Shown: positions 24,312 through 38,600 of the stretch, one piece after another
Numbering within the stretch: position 1 is the stretch's first letter
Layout of the letters: each line of letters begins with the position of its first letter
Assembly: GCA_964247055.1 (NCBI GenBank)
Contig: OZ176053.1
Span: 1,116,001 to 1,180,000 of the forward strand
Length of the DNA stretch: 64,000 nucleotides
From: Paragordius varius
Lineage: Eukaryota > Animalia > Nematomorpha
Direction of reading: 5' to 3'
Made by a program: the position numbers and the translations under genes
Notes under the pieces: model-generated
The model's database searches: none
What the model saw: the letters and a program-made list of their open reading frames with translations, nothing else
What the model was told of the DNA's origin: nothing

Positions 24312-26301
24312 AATCGAAAAGGATTGGCTCCACAAAATACGTTAGATTGATTAAGATTGATCAACTTTTTTAAAAATGGATAAATTTCGAATTTTGAGAT
24401 GGAAATATTTAAATTAATTCCGCGAAATATATGTAAAATATATTTAACAATAATTAAATTAACCCAAAATCAGGATATCTTTTTCTATGATGATTAATGC
24501 GTAAAAGGATTACTTTTATAATTTTTAATATTTCAAATATTGTTTTAAGACAAAATATTATTGATTAATAATTTTTAATGACTTGTCTATAATTATTCAT
24601 AATGACGAAATTAATATCGTTCTTTTCAAAATATTAAATAACCTGTTCAAAAATTTATATATATATATTCCGATATAATAGACAACTCCGAGTGTTAGGT
24701 TCATTTTAATTTTCAACCATTTTAGCTATGCTAGGATTTAAAATTATATGTTTAAATCTCCTCTTAAATGGCAATTAAAGGTAAACATATAGGGATGAAA
24801 CAACTTGCATAATCTCGTTATTAAATGACAAGAACCATGCTGTGTAAATATCAACTGGTATATTACTACCAATAAACACAATATTTTTGTCTTTGACAAT
24901 TAATAAAATATTAGTTAAAAATAATTATGATCAAAATTGCCGATCAATAATTAAACTGATAAATGAAATAAACTTAAAAAACAAATTTAAAGCAAAAATT
25001 AACAGTAATTTGGATTAAGATTTAATAGAAACTCAGCAATTTTGCCAAATAAAGAATTAGAATGCCTAGTATTTTTGGCTGGTAAATGTAATTATGGGTA
25101 CAATAGGTTTACTAATCAAAATTTATTAATTGTATATATAATTTAATAATGCCATACATAGTGTATAAATTCTTGATTATTTCATAATAATAATAATAAT
25201 AATATAAATGGTATGTATGCCAAGTTAAATATCCCAAAAACACATAAAATATTATTACAAAAAGATTTGAAAAAAAATCAAAAAACGGAATATATAATAT
25301 ATAAATTTACTTGGATAAAATTTTCTAGAATGTAAATAAATACATATATATGAAATTAAATTGATCTAAATGTCACAGAAAACCATTTTTATTAATTAGC
25401 TATGAAATTATTTTGCACAAATTATTAAAAGATAATATGAATTAAGAAATGCACTAAAGGTGTGTTTTAAATTATATCTTTAAATACGAGAAGAAAAAAT
25501 TAATAGATTGAATATAAAACATTCATCATTGCAACACTAATTGTAATTAAAGTAAAAGTTAAAGAATTAATTGAAGATATAAATTATTTCTAGCCTCCTT
25601 TTCCATAGGAAATATCCAAGTAGGTGTGTTGTGAGTGTTAAATGTTTTAAAACTAAATGTTGGATTATTAATTAATAGGTCATGTTAATTTGGGCGAAAT
25701 TGCGACACAAAAATCATTTTATTGCTGTGTGTACTACAACCAATAACATCAAATATATATTTTAATATAACATCCAATTTACATTATTGATATATATATT
25801 ATATTTATAATCAAAAACGTGTAATTAATATAGGGAAAGATGGGACACAAATATATGACTTTATAGATTTATAAAAACATAAGTAGGGGATCGCAGTTAA
25901 GTGACTATAAATGTTGAAGAATTAAAGATAAGTGGAGAGTATCAATTCGAACAACCAAGATTCGTATTTTCCAATTTTAAAATCACAGTTTGAATTTCAC
26001 TAATTTTCTTCCATGAAAATAAATGAGTAGATTTATTTGGAACAAAGAATCAGTTTGCCATTTTGCCTTCTTGAGATACTTTATGATAACAGTATCGAAT
26101 TCTTAAACGCATTTTGGGTCCAAAAAGAAATTCCATATAAATTTGATCCTCAAATACATCTTTATGGCTGACAGAATATCAAAATCTATAAATTAATTGA
26201 AATTATATTGTAGTTTAGCTTTAATGTTAATATATGTGAGTCATTGATTAAAATTTTATTTAAAATACAAACATACTTCTTTGCATTGCCAATTTCAAGG
26301 A

Positions 26302-26596
26302 TTACAGATTTTGACATTTACGCTTTGAACATTGTTGAGTAATAGCTACATCATTGAATTTTTTGAAATCATCTACACTCGTAGTGTTGGACAAATTTGT
26401 CGGTGAATTGCGATTAATTGATAAAGAAAGCAAATTGTTGTTATATGATGTTTCACAAATGGCAGATGCATAAGGACTCTCCAAATCCTGCCAATCGATG
26501 TCACATCGTTTCGGATCGTCTCCGCATAAAATTAGTTTGATGGCTTGAATGTGTTCATCTGAGAATATGTGATTCTAAAGGCGAGCATAAATTAGT

Positions 26597-26628
<32 letters not shown>

Positions 26629-29600
26629 TGTAATAATAAATAAAGGAGAGCAAAGTATAAATTGGTTTTTAAATCAAGTTAAATAAAAAATTTTACACTC
26701 ATTCAGATAATCCGTTGGAAACTATACCATGACAATTAGATATGTTGCTCAAGCAATTAAAGAAGAAAAAGTTAAAATTTTGGGTAGATTTTAACAAATT
26801 TCAAGGGTGATATAATTTAAATTGGTAAGGCTTTTGAAAATGAGTAATTTATATAATATTTTATAAAAAAATTTGGTTTCAAAGATATAAATTTTTTGAC
26901 TAATGCATTGTACAGGATACATCCCACACTAAATAGGTGGACCAATTATTCATTTAGAAAATAAGTGAATAACCAATGAAAGACAATAGCGCGTTTTAAA
27001 GAAAATAATTTTTAATTAAAAATTAATCTTATATTATTTTTATAACGTTTTTCATAAAATGGAAATGAAATTATCCAATAGTTTTTGCAAAGCATGACTT
27101 TTCAAATTGCGCATTGCATTTTGTTTTGTCACGGTGCCTTATGAGATTATACCAGAAAAAATAATTATCAATTAATGACGTTATTTAAACATTGGTCCAA
27201 AGGCTAATATTTTAATTGATAAACAAAAGTAAGTATGTTCAACGATTGATTAAAACCTGAATCGGGAGATCCGAACCATATGAAATGGAGCATAAGGCAC
27301 ACGAATCGGCATTTTTCCATTCACCATTCTCTTTGAATAAAGTTGTGTGGCTATTTTTGTGCTTTTTCTCTTTAGCGCGAGCATTTTGGAACCAAACTTG
27401 GACAACGCGTTTGGAAAGGCCAATTTTCGAGCCTAAACGGTACACATAAAATTGACTAATGCTTCAAAGATTTTAAAAAATAATATTAAAAAACGATTTC
27501 ACATTAAAAATTTTATCGCAAAACAATTATTACCCAATAATTCGCATTCAATCATGGTCGGGGCTTTGTAGTCATTGAAAATGTACTTCATACATGCGAC
27601 CTGCGAATTATTCATTTGAGTTCGGTAACGTTTGTTGGCCGTTAAACAGCTTATATCGCCACCATGGGTTTCAGCTATCGCGGACAGCGTTGATAAAACA
27701 AATTTGTTTTCCGGTGTTGAAAACGTGGTTCCTGGCATATCGGTGGTTTTTCTTTTTAAACTTTCGTCTCTCTCATTGCTATGTATATTATTATTGAGGA
27801 GGTTACTTTTATATTTCATGTAGCCATTCAAGGGGCCTTGGTTATATATGGTTTGGTGATCATTTGATTCGAAAGCTTCATTTGAAACATCTGAGTATTG
27901 AGAATGAGGTATTGAGTTGCAAGGTGAATCCATCCCATTACTATTTTTCAGGTTCTGTGTGATTAACTGTTTAAGCAAATGGTTACTATTATTATTAACA
28001 TCATTTTTTGCCAATTTTGAGTTTGAAGGAGATTTTTGTATGTTTAAAGGATTAGGTATGATTTTTGGAAAAGAAACACCTTTTTTATTATGAGTTTTGG
28101 TTAAGTCTAAGGGAAACAAGCCTGTATAGTTAAATGTGTAGTTGGTATCTGTGAATTGATTTAATTTATCATTTGCTTCTCCAAAGTTATCGGTATTATT
28201 TGTTTGGTGATCGACATGTAAAGATGATTTTGTAGACTTTTTCTTGGTTGAATTGTGTGATTTGCGTTCATTGCTGGCTTCCTCGGGATTAGATGTGGAG
28301 GGTGGAAGTATTTTCAAGAATTCTTCATAACTCTCTTCATGCTTTATTTTTACGTGCAAATCTAACAATGATCGCGCCCGAAAAAACATATTGCAAAAAG
28401 GACAACGTTTTGGAGACTTGGGAGGCCCGAGGCCCAAACAATTGCTTGATCCTCGCTTGTTTCCCAATTTAGTTTTTGCGGGTATGGAATTTATGCTACT
28501 GAGATTGGAATTACTTTGGGTATTATGCGAACTTAAATTATTATTTTCGGTGTTACAGTTTAACAAATTGATATTGTTGAAAGAAGATTGGGTAGAATTA
28601 TTTTCATCATTAGCGTTGCCAGTGTAATTGCTGGCATTATGGTGGAAATCAAAACAATTTTTAACCTGATTATAATAATTGAAGCACACGGTCGATTTTT
28701 TGTCACGGGCCCGGGCATTCTGAAACCAAACCTGGACGACCCTTTTCTTGAGTCCAATGTCGCGTGCAATTTTTTCCATAACTATTTTGGAGGGGTTGCT
28801 TTCCGTTTGATAATGTCTGTGTAGGTACAATAACTGCTCCGGTGATATGTTTGTCCTCAACCTTTTTTTGGTGGTACTAGCAGTAGCCAATTCCCCATTT
28901 TCGATCCCATTATTATTGTCAACATCGTCCAACGTATCTCTGTGAGGTGTCATACCAAGTAGCGTTGTGGTTGAAATGCGTTCTTCATCCATCATGCACT
29001 TACTTTTGTTATCTACTGGATGGCACATTTGAGTGGATTCACTTTTGGGTGTATCCGATCTTGGCGACAAGTCGTTTCCATTCATCCCATCATTTTTAGC
29101 GTTAAAATTTGGTGACAATTTCGGAGTACACATATTTTGTAAAGCATAAGCATTAACAAAGTTTTCATTGAATGCCAATGGGTTATTGTTGTGAGTGTAA
29201 TTGTTGTGATCTATTAGTGTAGGTAGTTTATTTCCCGCAGAAAAGGGAGAATATAGATTTTCTTTTATCAACTCCTCCACGGCTCCTGCATTTCGTTGGG
29301 CAAGACTCGATTGTAACAATAATTGGTGCATTAACATAATGTTACGTTCGATAGCGGATAAATTTTTATTACTATGTTCAATATCATTATTACTGCTTTG
29401 CATTGGAAAATTATTGGCAAATATAGATTCTGGTGTGAAAGGAAAATAAGTTCCAGGATTTTGCTTCTGAAAATAGCCTTTCATAACCGCAAGATAATCA
29501 TTCCAATATTTTTTTCGTTGTTGTTCTACAAACGATAATGGGTCGGGGACATTAACAGAATTTTTTTCAACAGTCGGTGATGAGTCTGATACGGTACTGT

Positions 29601-32600
29601 CAGAATTAGTAGAAGATGAAAGTGAATGTTGTATTACATGTTGAGGCTCATCATTAAGGCTATTTATGGCGGAATTTGTAAAATTTCTACTTGCTTTAGT
29701 TGTATCATTATTAAGTTTAGAATCATACTTCTTAAACCTAGGCGATATATTATTGCTATCCTCACTTGGATTAGCGGTTGTACGACAATGGTTCGAATAT
29801 TGAGTTATAAAAGAATTTTTATGATCATATTGGCGATCTGAGGTTGAAGCGATAATAGATTTGTTTGTTTCATTAGAAACACCCAATTGTTTATTGGTTT
29901 GACCACCCTTAAAATATCTGGAATAGTAGGTCTCATAATACTTGTTAATGACATCGTTATCAGGGTGGGACACAGTGTGACAACCATTGGGAGCTTTGAT
30001 GACTGAAGCATGGGGAGAAGTGTCAAATTGTCTATCAGAATTTTTCTTTTTTTCCATCAAATTATTTTCTTCAAATTGAATATTTTTGGAGAAATCGTTT
30101 GCCATATTGCAATTCCTATTAGTATCTTTTTCATTGATGACGAGAGTTGGGGTAAAGTCATCTCGAGAACTAGCTCTCTCACAGTTATTGCTGTAAGAAC
30201 TACTTTGTGGTGACTGATGTTTCCTTTCGAGGTTTGACTGATGATTGGTTGATAAAAATTCCTGATTTATTTGGGATGACTGTTCATTATCTTTATCATT
30301 GGGCGATAACTCCGAAGAAGACTTTGCGAGCGTTAACAAATGTGCTGGATAGGACTCATAATGCTTACGAGCCTTCTGACGGGCATTCTGAAACCAAACG
30401 ACAATTACACGCGGACTCAGCCCAAGAATTTGTGAAATGGAGTCCAACTCATCATCTTTGGGATAGGCGTTTTTATCAAAATATTCCTGGAGAACACGGA
30501 TCTGAGCATCATTGAAGCGGGTACGATTTGCACGGCGCTGTGCGGCATTATTTAGTAGCGTATTATTGTGGTATGAGTAACCCAGGGGAAATTGCGTTGT
30601 AGAGCTAATTTCATCTGGAGATGCGTTCAATGTATTACGCAACTCATCAGGCGAAGTACAATTTGTTTGTTGAATGTTCACATCATTACCCAACAGTATT
30701 GGTGAATTTTTATTGTAATTTATATTATTATTTTGAATGTTTTTAAAATAATTGGATAAATTGTAATTATAATCGTCATGGTGATTATCATACTGTGAGT
30801 TATGAGGGTTATGGGGCCCATTTTCAGTTGATTGAAAATTTTTATCCTTATTAGGAGTATCTGGTTGCGAATGGCCATTAAACAGAGCATTTTTGGATTC
30901 GTTATTATTATTATTATATGATTTTTTGTCAGTTTGATTCAAATCTTTGATAGATGCGGATGTAGAAACACAACTTTCCTCATTTGCTATAGAATGGTAT
31001 TCAATTTGATTTGAAGTGCCGTTTGGATTTTCTGTAAAATCAGAGGATTCTTGATTCCCTCCTCCAGCAGGATCCATATCATCATTATCGGTTTGGAAAT
31101 CATTTTCTGAATCTGGGTTCAGTTTTGTCAATGGCGGGTTATTGAAATTGTAGGGAGAATCTTTATTCCTTTGACGTTCTTTAAAGAGCGTATTCCTGAA
31201 CCAATGCTTGATAACTTTTTGTGGCAAACCAGATTTATCAGACATGTATCTAATTTGTTCTTCAGTCGGACTATTGTTTATATCGAAATGTGCACGAAGC
31301 ACTTTAAGTTGATCATCATTAATGCGGGTTCTGGCTCGCTTAACCCCGCCTACATTTGCGAAGGTTATATTATTAATATTTTCATGAGTTGTGTTGTTGG
31401 ACTCAATCAAGGAATATTTATTATTACATTGATCATTTTGTTGTTTATTATTATGTTTTCCCTGAGTTTTGGTAGGAATAAGCGATGGAAACCGGGAATC
31501 AGTGTCATTTGGGGATTCTTCTTGTCGCCTAAGAGACAAGTCTTCGTCTCCCATATTTTTTTCATCACTGACACCAGATTTTGATTGTTGAGACGTGGTA
31601 ATAGTACAGGATTCAATTAGCCGGCTATCTTCTGCATTTGGAGGTATTTGAAAAGGCCCCATACAACCATAATAATTATTTGTGACTTGTGCCATAAAAT
31701 GATGAATTTGTTCTTGAAAACTTACAGTATTAGGATAATATTGGGAAGCGGCCATAAGATAGTAAGGCGCTAAAGGGTGTTGTAACATTTGTGTCATATC
31801 AAATTGGGGATTTGCGCTATTATGATTAAGATTTTGAGTGAAAGCTGAGGAATTTATGTCGCCCAACTTACAATTATTATTAGGTCTCATATCATTTTGG
31901 TAGCCGTTTAAACCATTTTTTCCAGCCGCTAACTGTTTAAGCATGGTTGCTGCCATTAAATCGTTCTGGAGATGAATTGGTAAAGCATTATCTAACGTGG
32001 GCATTGCTTCTTTTTGTGAGTCCTGTTGGCCATTTGAAATTTGTAAGGGATCTTTAAATAGGGATTGAAAAACATCAGTTGAGTTGTGTTCTAAATGGGG
32101 TGACAAAAGGGTGCTCTCATCAGTTTGTCCGTTTTTGTGGGTTTTAGCTGAATTAAAAGCTGGTGTGCTTTTACCAAATTGATCCATGTTTTTAGTTTTA
32201 CTATTATCATTGTCGGTGACCGAGTCATTGACAGATATGGAAGAATCCAATGTAGAGGTCGAAACATTTTGTGACACACTTTCTATACATCTTTCCTCCC
32301 GTATTTTATAATTTTTGGATGGGTTATCATCTAAGGGTGCAATCGAAGATTTTAGGACACGGGAAGCATGTGGGCCGGTAGAGTTAATGTTTGCATCTTT
32401 TTCAAAAGCTTCGATCCAGGCATACATTGAGGAATACAATTCGCCAGGTTCAACTTTGTTGCAATTATCGTTCATCTCTATAATTAGAAATGATTTAACA
32501 GTTCTAATTTTGAAATGCAAATGGCTACGAAAAAAACATTATAAAATTGTTAAAATATGTAAATTTATATAGAATTACCGTTTGGGGATGAATCAAGTTT

Positions 32601-35600
32601 CCGTTTCAACGGGTTCGAATTAAGACATTTTGTTATGGCATTTTGCGTAACGATTTGCGAATCCGGACTACGCATTTGATTCAAATGGGTAGACTCTTTG
32701 TTGTGGTCATTTCCATAACCCACTTGAATCAATTCTCGGGCAATGTTGGCGAGCGCACTGTCAAATCTCGATGTAATGTGATTTTGTTTTGTTGTAATTG
32801 TCCCGCTTATATCGGCATTAGGCATCAACATAATAGGTTCCTGGACATTATTTTGTTGGACCTCTTCTGTTGTATTGATATTCTGTGTTTTAGCATTATG
32901 GGAAGAAAGAGTGCGTTTCAAACGATGTAAATGGGAAACGGAATTGAAATGAACCAACAAAATATTTTTTTGCGTAAATGATTCAAGACACAAGGGACAC
33001 TTGAAGGGTCTCTGTGGATCCCAAAACTTTTCAAGAGTCGAAAAACGAGGATTGGAAGGCATATTTGTTTGACAATTGCCATTATTACTAATATTAATAG
33101 TGGTAGTGTTTTGATTTAAGCTACCCAACATTCCAGACTGTTGTGCGCCCATATTCAATAATAAATTTGTTGGTGCGTTAGGGTTGAATGATGTCATATC
33201 CCTTAAATCGCTCCCTGTTTCCGGCTACATTCATAGATAAAAAAAAATATGGGATAGTCACATCTTATGAACCAAAAGAGATAATTTTAATGGTTTCCAA
33301 TAAATTACGTGCCTTCAACACAAAAGTAATGAAATGACAATAAAGCGGTTAACTTCCCTTATTTATGTCCTATAATACATAAAATTGGATGCGACGCACA
33401 AATTTTACAAAAGAAGATTTTTTGTGTATTTATTAATGCCCTTTTTCGGCTACTATTTCCTATGAAATGTTTTAAGAAAAAGCCAAAATCTCAATGTATT
33501 AATGAATAATTTCACATTATTTTGTAAAACTATTAGTTTCAATTTTATTTTAGGCATCCCAGATATTCAAATATATATATGGCTGTATATTATTTAAAAT
33601 TCATAATGACTTTTTTATTAGTTATTCTCTACCATCACACCATATATCATTAGGAAAAAAAACTATCCTTTATAGCTAAAGAGAATATTTAAATTTGTAA
33701 TTACCTAATTTATTATCCTTAGATGATATCCTTAGAAATACAATGCATAATGATTATTATAAGCCTTATTATGACTTTTGATATTTGTCGTGTGTTTTTT
33801 TTCGCACATAATTAAAAAATCTTAAAAAAGTTTTTTATACGTTGCAACTATATATGATTATTTTTATAGTTAAAGAGGTCCTTCCTAATTCTCCCGCACA
33901 CCAAGATGCAGACACCAAAGGAAAAATTAATATTACGACACACATTAATTTATAAAAACAAAATTTTTTTAATGCATAAATATTTCGACTTACTGTCATT
34001 ATTATTATTAGAACAGTAAGCGATCAAAGAAAGACAAAAAAATTACCCTTTTTGATGATTAAAGTTTAAGTTTAAGTGGAATAGCAAAAAAGTCAACTAT
34101 GTGTACTTTTGATTCATCCAAAAATTTTTCTGTTTTGTAATGAATTTAAAAGTAAAACTAAGTTCGTATATGATAATTATCTACCATAATAGCATTTGCG
34201 GTATTTTTTGTGGCTAAAATATTTTCTCGAGCGGTTGGGTGCATACGAAGCATATGAGTCTTCAGAATAGAAACTTTATTGAAAGTCATGGAACACAGTT
34301 TGCATTTAGCATAATTCCTATCAATTCCGATATCAATTGAAATGAATTAGTTAGGCGTAAAAAAATATTAGGTTGACCACAATCGATATTATTTTAAATT
34401 AGAAATGTGTATAACACTAAATGTTAAATACAGGCAAAACTATATGGGATAATTGTAGTGAAAATCTAATTAATCAAAATAATTTGTTTCTATAACGCAA
34501 AAAACTAATTTTATTCCCATTTTTCTAACATGATTTTAAAAGTAAAGTAAGTACCATTAGAATTGTTAATGAACGGAAAATATTTTGGAATTAAAAAGTA
34601 AAATAATCTAAAAATTGAATAAAATTTATATAATTTAAAGCTTACCGCATGCGATAGTTCTTTCGCTTTAGACCGAGTAATGAATTATTGTCACTCAAAG
34701 TTTGGGAAGATATCGTTGAAACCTGATTAGAATCTCCATTTATCTGCAAAATTTTGTATATTTACAATTTTTAAAGTACTCCAATGTTTTTATATAAATA
34801 ATTCTCATATTCATCAAACTTTTAATAAAAAAATAGGTTATTTTGTAAAATAGCTGGCTCAATTGGTACAAGATTTAAGAAATATTTTGACAAAAAAACA
34901 GGTTTTAAAACAATGGACCCCCTCTGTCGTAAGACAAAAATTATATAAGTATCAAAGTGTATTATCTTTTTTTTTCTTGAAATATATTTTTAAAAAATAA
35001 TTACGGGAATAAAAAAAACATTTTAGAATAGTTTGAATCTAAAAAATACCTGAGCGGATCCAATATTTTGAGCCCCGATTTTTATTTGAAAATCTCCTCC
35101 AGAATGTTTAAAAGATTCAGAATGCTCATTCTCAAATACAGAATTTTTCGTTTCTTTATTTTTCAAGTTATAATCATCATGACCGATATTATCCATATTT
35201 CTGGAATTTTCGTTTTCAGTTTTGTTGAATGTCAAGGACTTATTATCACGTAGATAATTTTTACCTTTTTCAAGTTCATCATTGTCAACTTTTTTGTCGT
35301 CAATTAAAGTGTGTTCTCCATTTGATAACAACAGATTGTTAATGGTATTCTTATTAATGTTAGCTTGTTGGTAATTATGGCTTAGGGCAGCGGATAATGG
35401 TCTTTTAACTACTACGTTATTCGTAGTTTCATTATTCGACTTTTTTTTCTTCAAATTTGGCATTAGGACGAGAAGTGATTTCGACATTTCTTTCGTAGTT
35501 GTTGTGAGGGCTAATTCCAGCATAGAAGTGGTGGAATCATCGCCAAGCGTTTCAGAAAAAGATTTTTTTGATCCAATGTGTTGTTTAGAGCAATTTGGCG

Positions 35601-38600
35601 CTAAATTAGTTTTTTTGGTTTTATTTTGTCCGCATGTATGAGAATTAGTATCATCTATTGTGAATATAAAAGAGTTAATAAAATTTGGTTTAACTTAAAT
35701 TCGGAATTTCACCCAAAATTTGCATTAAGTATCTGGGTTATTAAAATTTCAAGGCATACCATTTCAAGGGACTGAATATTTCCCGGAAAATTTAAGAATT
35801 TGAGAAATCAATGGGCATATAATCAAATACAGTAAAATTATATATTTAGTAGAAAATATATTAAAATGTAAGCAATTCTTTTTTTGTACAAAAAACAACA
35901 CGACGGTTATGATGATAAATAATGATATTTCATTTTACAATTTTTTTGGAGAAGACTGTATGATATAACATATCTCACTAACAAAAACATGATAACAAAA
36001 AAAAAGATAATTAATTAATATTTAATTAATTTTCAACTTTTGATTAATATAATAAGAAATAATAATAATAATAATATTTATATGAGAGGATATAGAAACA
36101 GAAAATAGAAAAAAAGATGCCAGTCAGGTCTCATTTTTTTAATTAATTAGAATTATCTATCTTTCTTTCTTTCTTAATTAATTTTTTGTCAAAATATCGA
36201 TGATTATATAATATCTATCTCTATACCAGGGCATTAATATACTTAAAATAAAATAGGCATTTTTTATTTTTACTAATTCATTTTTCCATTTTTAATAAGG
36301 GGGGAAATGGTTTTATTATGAATTCTACTTACTGTATGTATTCTCCGTTCTTTGGGATTTTTTATCTGTATATAAAATAATAATTTTTTTAATTAAAAAT
36401 AATTAAAATTATTTTATTTTATGTTTTTTTTTTGATTAAAATTAAAATTAAAAAAAATGATAATTAAAAAGATGCAGCAATACAGTATTGTATAATTATT
36501 ATTAATACCACTATGTGAAATTATAATTAAAAAAATTAATAATGAACGAACAGAACACATCAGTAAAAATACCAGAGAATATGTGATACATAAAATCCCA
36601 ACCTATGATTTAGATTACATATAAGTAACAATTTTAATTAAATAGAAACGTTTTAAGATTCCATATTGATCATTATTCAAGAAAGAGTATTAAAAAACAG
36701 CAGACTGACCCTCTTAAAATGGACATTTAAACAAAATTTATATATATTTTCCACACTTATGCTAGGAATTCAATTATTTAAGAATGGTATATTAAAATTC
36801 TGTTTATTAAGTTAAAAAAAGTCCCTTAAAAGCTAAATGTTGGCACCATCATCAATAAATGGGACTAAAAAATATTGAAATGGATATTCATTTATTACAC
36901 ATAGAAATTTAATAATAATTATCGATCGACCTGTTAAATTTTTTATCATATATGTGGAAATTAAAATTTAGTGGACAAAATACCATTAAAATACTTGTTT
37001 TTCCTAATTAAAAGTAAAACAATTAATTCTATTTTACCATCAGATTGAAGTTTAATTAATTTAAAATACATTTTCCTCAAATTATCCTTAAGAAAAAAAA
37101 ACACCAAAATAACCCATCCTAACTCACTCATTATCAAAAATCAATATTATACTCTAATGAAATTTTTGGCGTTTATTTCTAATTTTCTATTTTTTATATT
37201 AATAATTTATTAGTTATGTAATAATATAAGATAAGATAATTAATTAAAGTATAAATTGATTAATTCTCTCTCCTATATACTATACTTTTTACCAAAACTG
37301 TATATATTATGAGACTGATTCTGTCTAAAAATGAAATTCCCCTTCGTTCTATTTCTCTATTTAATTGGCTAATCTAGAAAAATATTTTTTAGAAAACGAA
37401 CGCCAAAAAAGGGACGCCATTTAATTAATTTTCACAATAACAATAATAATCACCAAAGCAAAACAGACAGCAATAAAAAATATATATATCTATATATGGT
37501 GACAATAAATATTTTATTAAATAATCATATTTTTTCATTGTCGTTTAAAGAGAAAAATGGCCTAAATTATGTATTATAAATTAATAAAAATCTTGATATT
37601 TACTATAATTATTCACTCAAAAAAACAATTTGGAAATATTTTAATGAAACGTTTAAAACGAACGCTATTAGCTGGATTATATTTTTTGTTTTTAAAAAAT
37701 ATTAATATTAATAATAATTATTAAAACTGCTTAATAGCAAAAATTAATTAAATATGTAATCAATACATAATCATAATAATATAAAAAGCACACATTAAGG
37801 AAAAAAACATATGGAAGGGATTAAATTACGTGCGGTGTGCATCATGAAAGAAACATGGTAAGTTTTTTCTATTTTTTTAAAAAAATTATTTTTAAGAAAA
37901 TTTCATAAAATTAATTAATTAATCTAATTAATTTTTTTAAAAATTTTAAATAATAATTATTATTTTTTATGCAATTCGGTATAAAAAATTCACACTTTGG
38001 TATGTGAAATCGTGTGAGTGTATTCATTTTTCTCAAGGATATTATAGAAAAGATTATAAAATCATTAGTGAGTAGTGTGATAATATTGATTAATTGTTTT
38101 TAAATCATATAAAACATATAAAAACATATTTTTTTCAAAATATTATTAATATTCTATTAACAATAATTGCGAATAAAATATCCAATTTCAATCAAGCCTG
38201 CGAATTAGATCAAAAAATAAAGCGGGAAAAATATAAAGTAAATTTTTTAATAACTCAAAAATTTAATATATATGGCAAAATATTGACAATAGCATATTTT
38301 TGGACAATTAAAAAGTTAAGATCTGCAAATTTAAAAGTAACCATTATTTCTATATGACGGAATAAAAATTAAAAAAAAATTAAAAAAAGCGTTTTGATAT
38401 AAAAGATATGTTTTCACTTCCAAATTGGCTCCCTAGGCAAACCGTTTTTAAGAAAGATGATTAATAAACCAAAGCTATTTTAAACTATACTTTTGAAATG
38501 AAAGTGATTAAATCAAATTTCAAATCGGTTTAATACAAATCCATCAAAAAAATTATATATTTTACCATTTTTCTCCATAGAATTTAAGGTGTTATTAGAA

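Noticed and set aside
26270-26291. Minus-strand TGGCAATGCAAAGAAGTATGT resembling miR-1
   Set aside because: The seed differs from miR-1 (GGAAUG) and no supporting hairpin is visible.
27433-32578. The two introns flanking the 4,944-nt zfh2 exon are both 101 bp
   Set aside because: Their sequences are unrelated and the size falls within the common short-intron range here, so this is coincidence.
27594-32930. Numerous short plus-strand and alternate-frame ORFs overlapping zfh2 (also 45732-48171)
   Set aside because: They are shadows of long, more GC-rich coding exons and carry no recognisable motifs.
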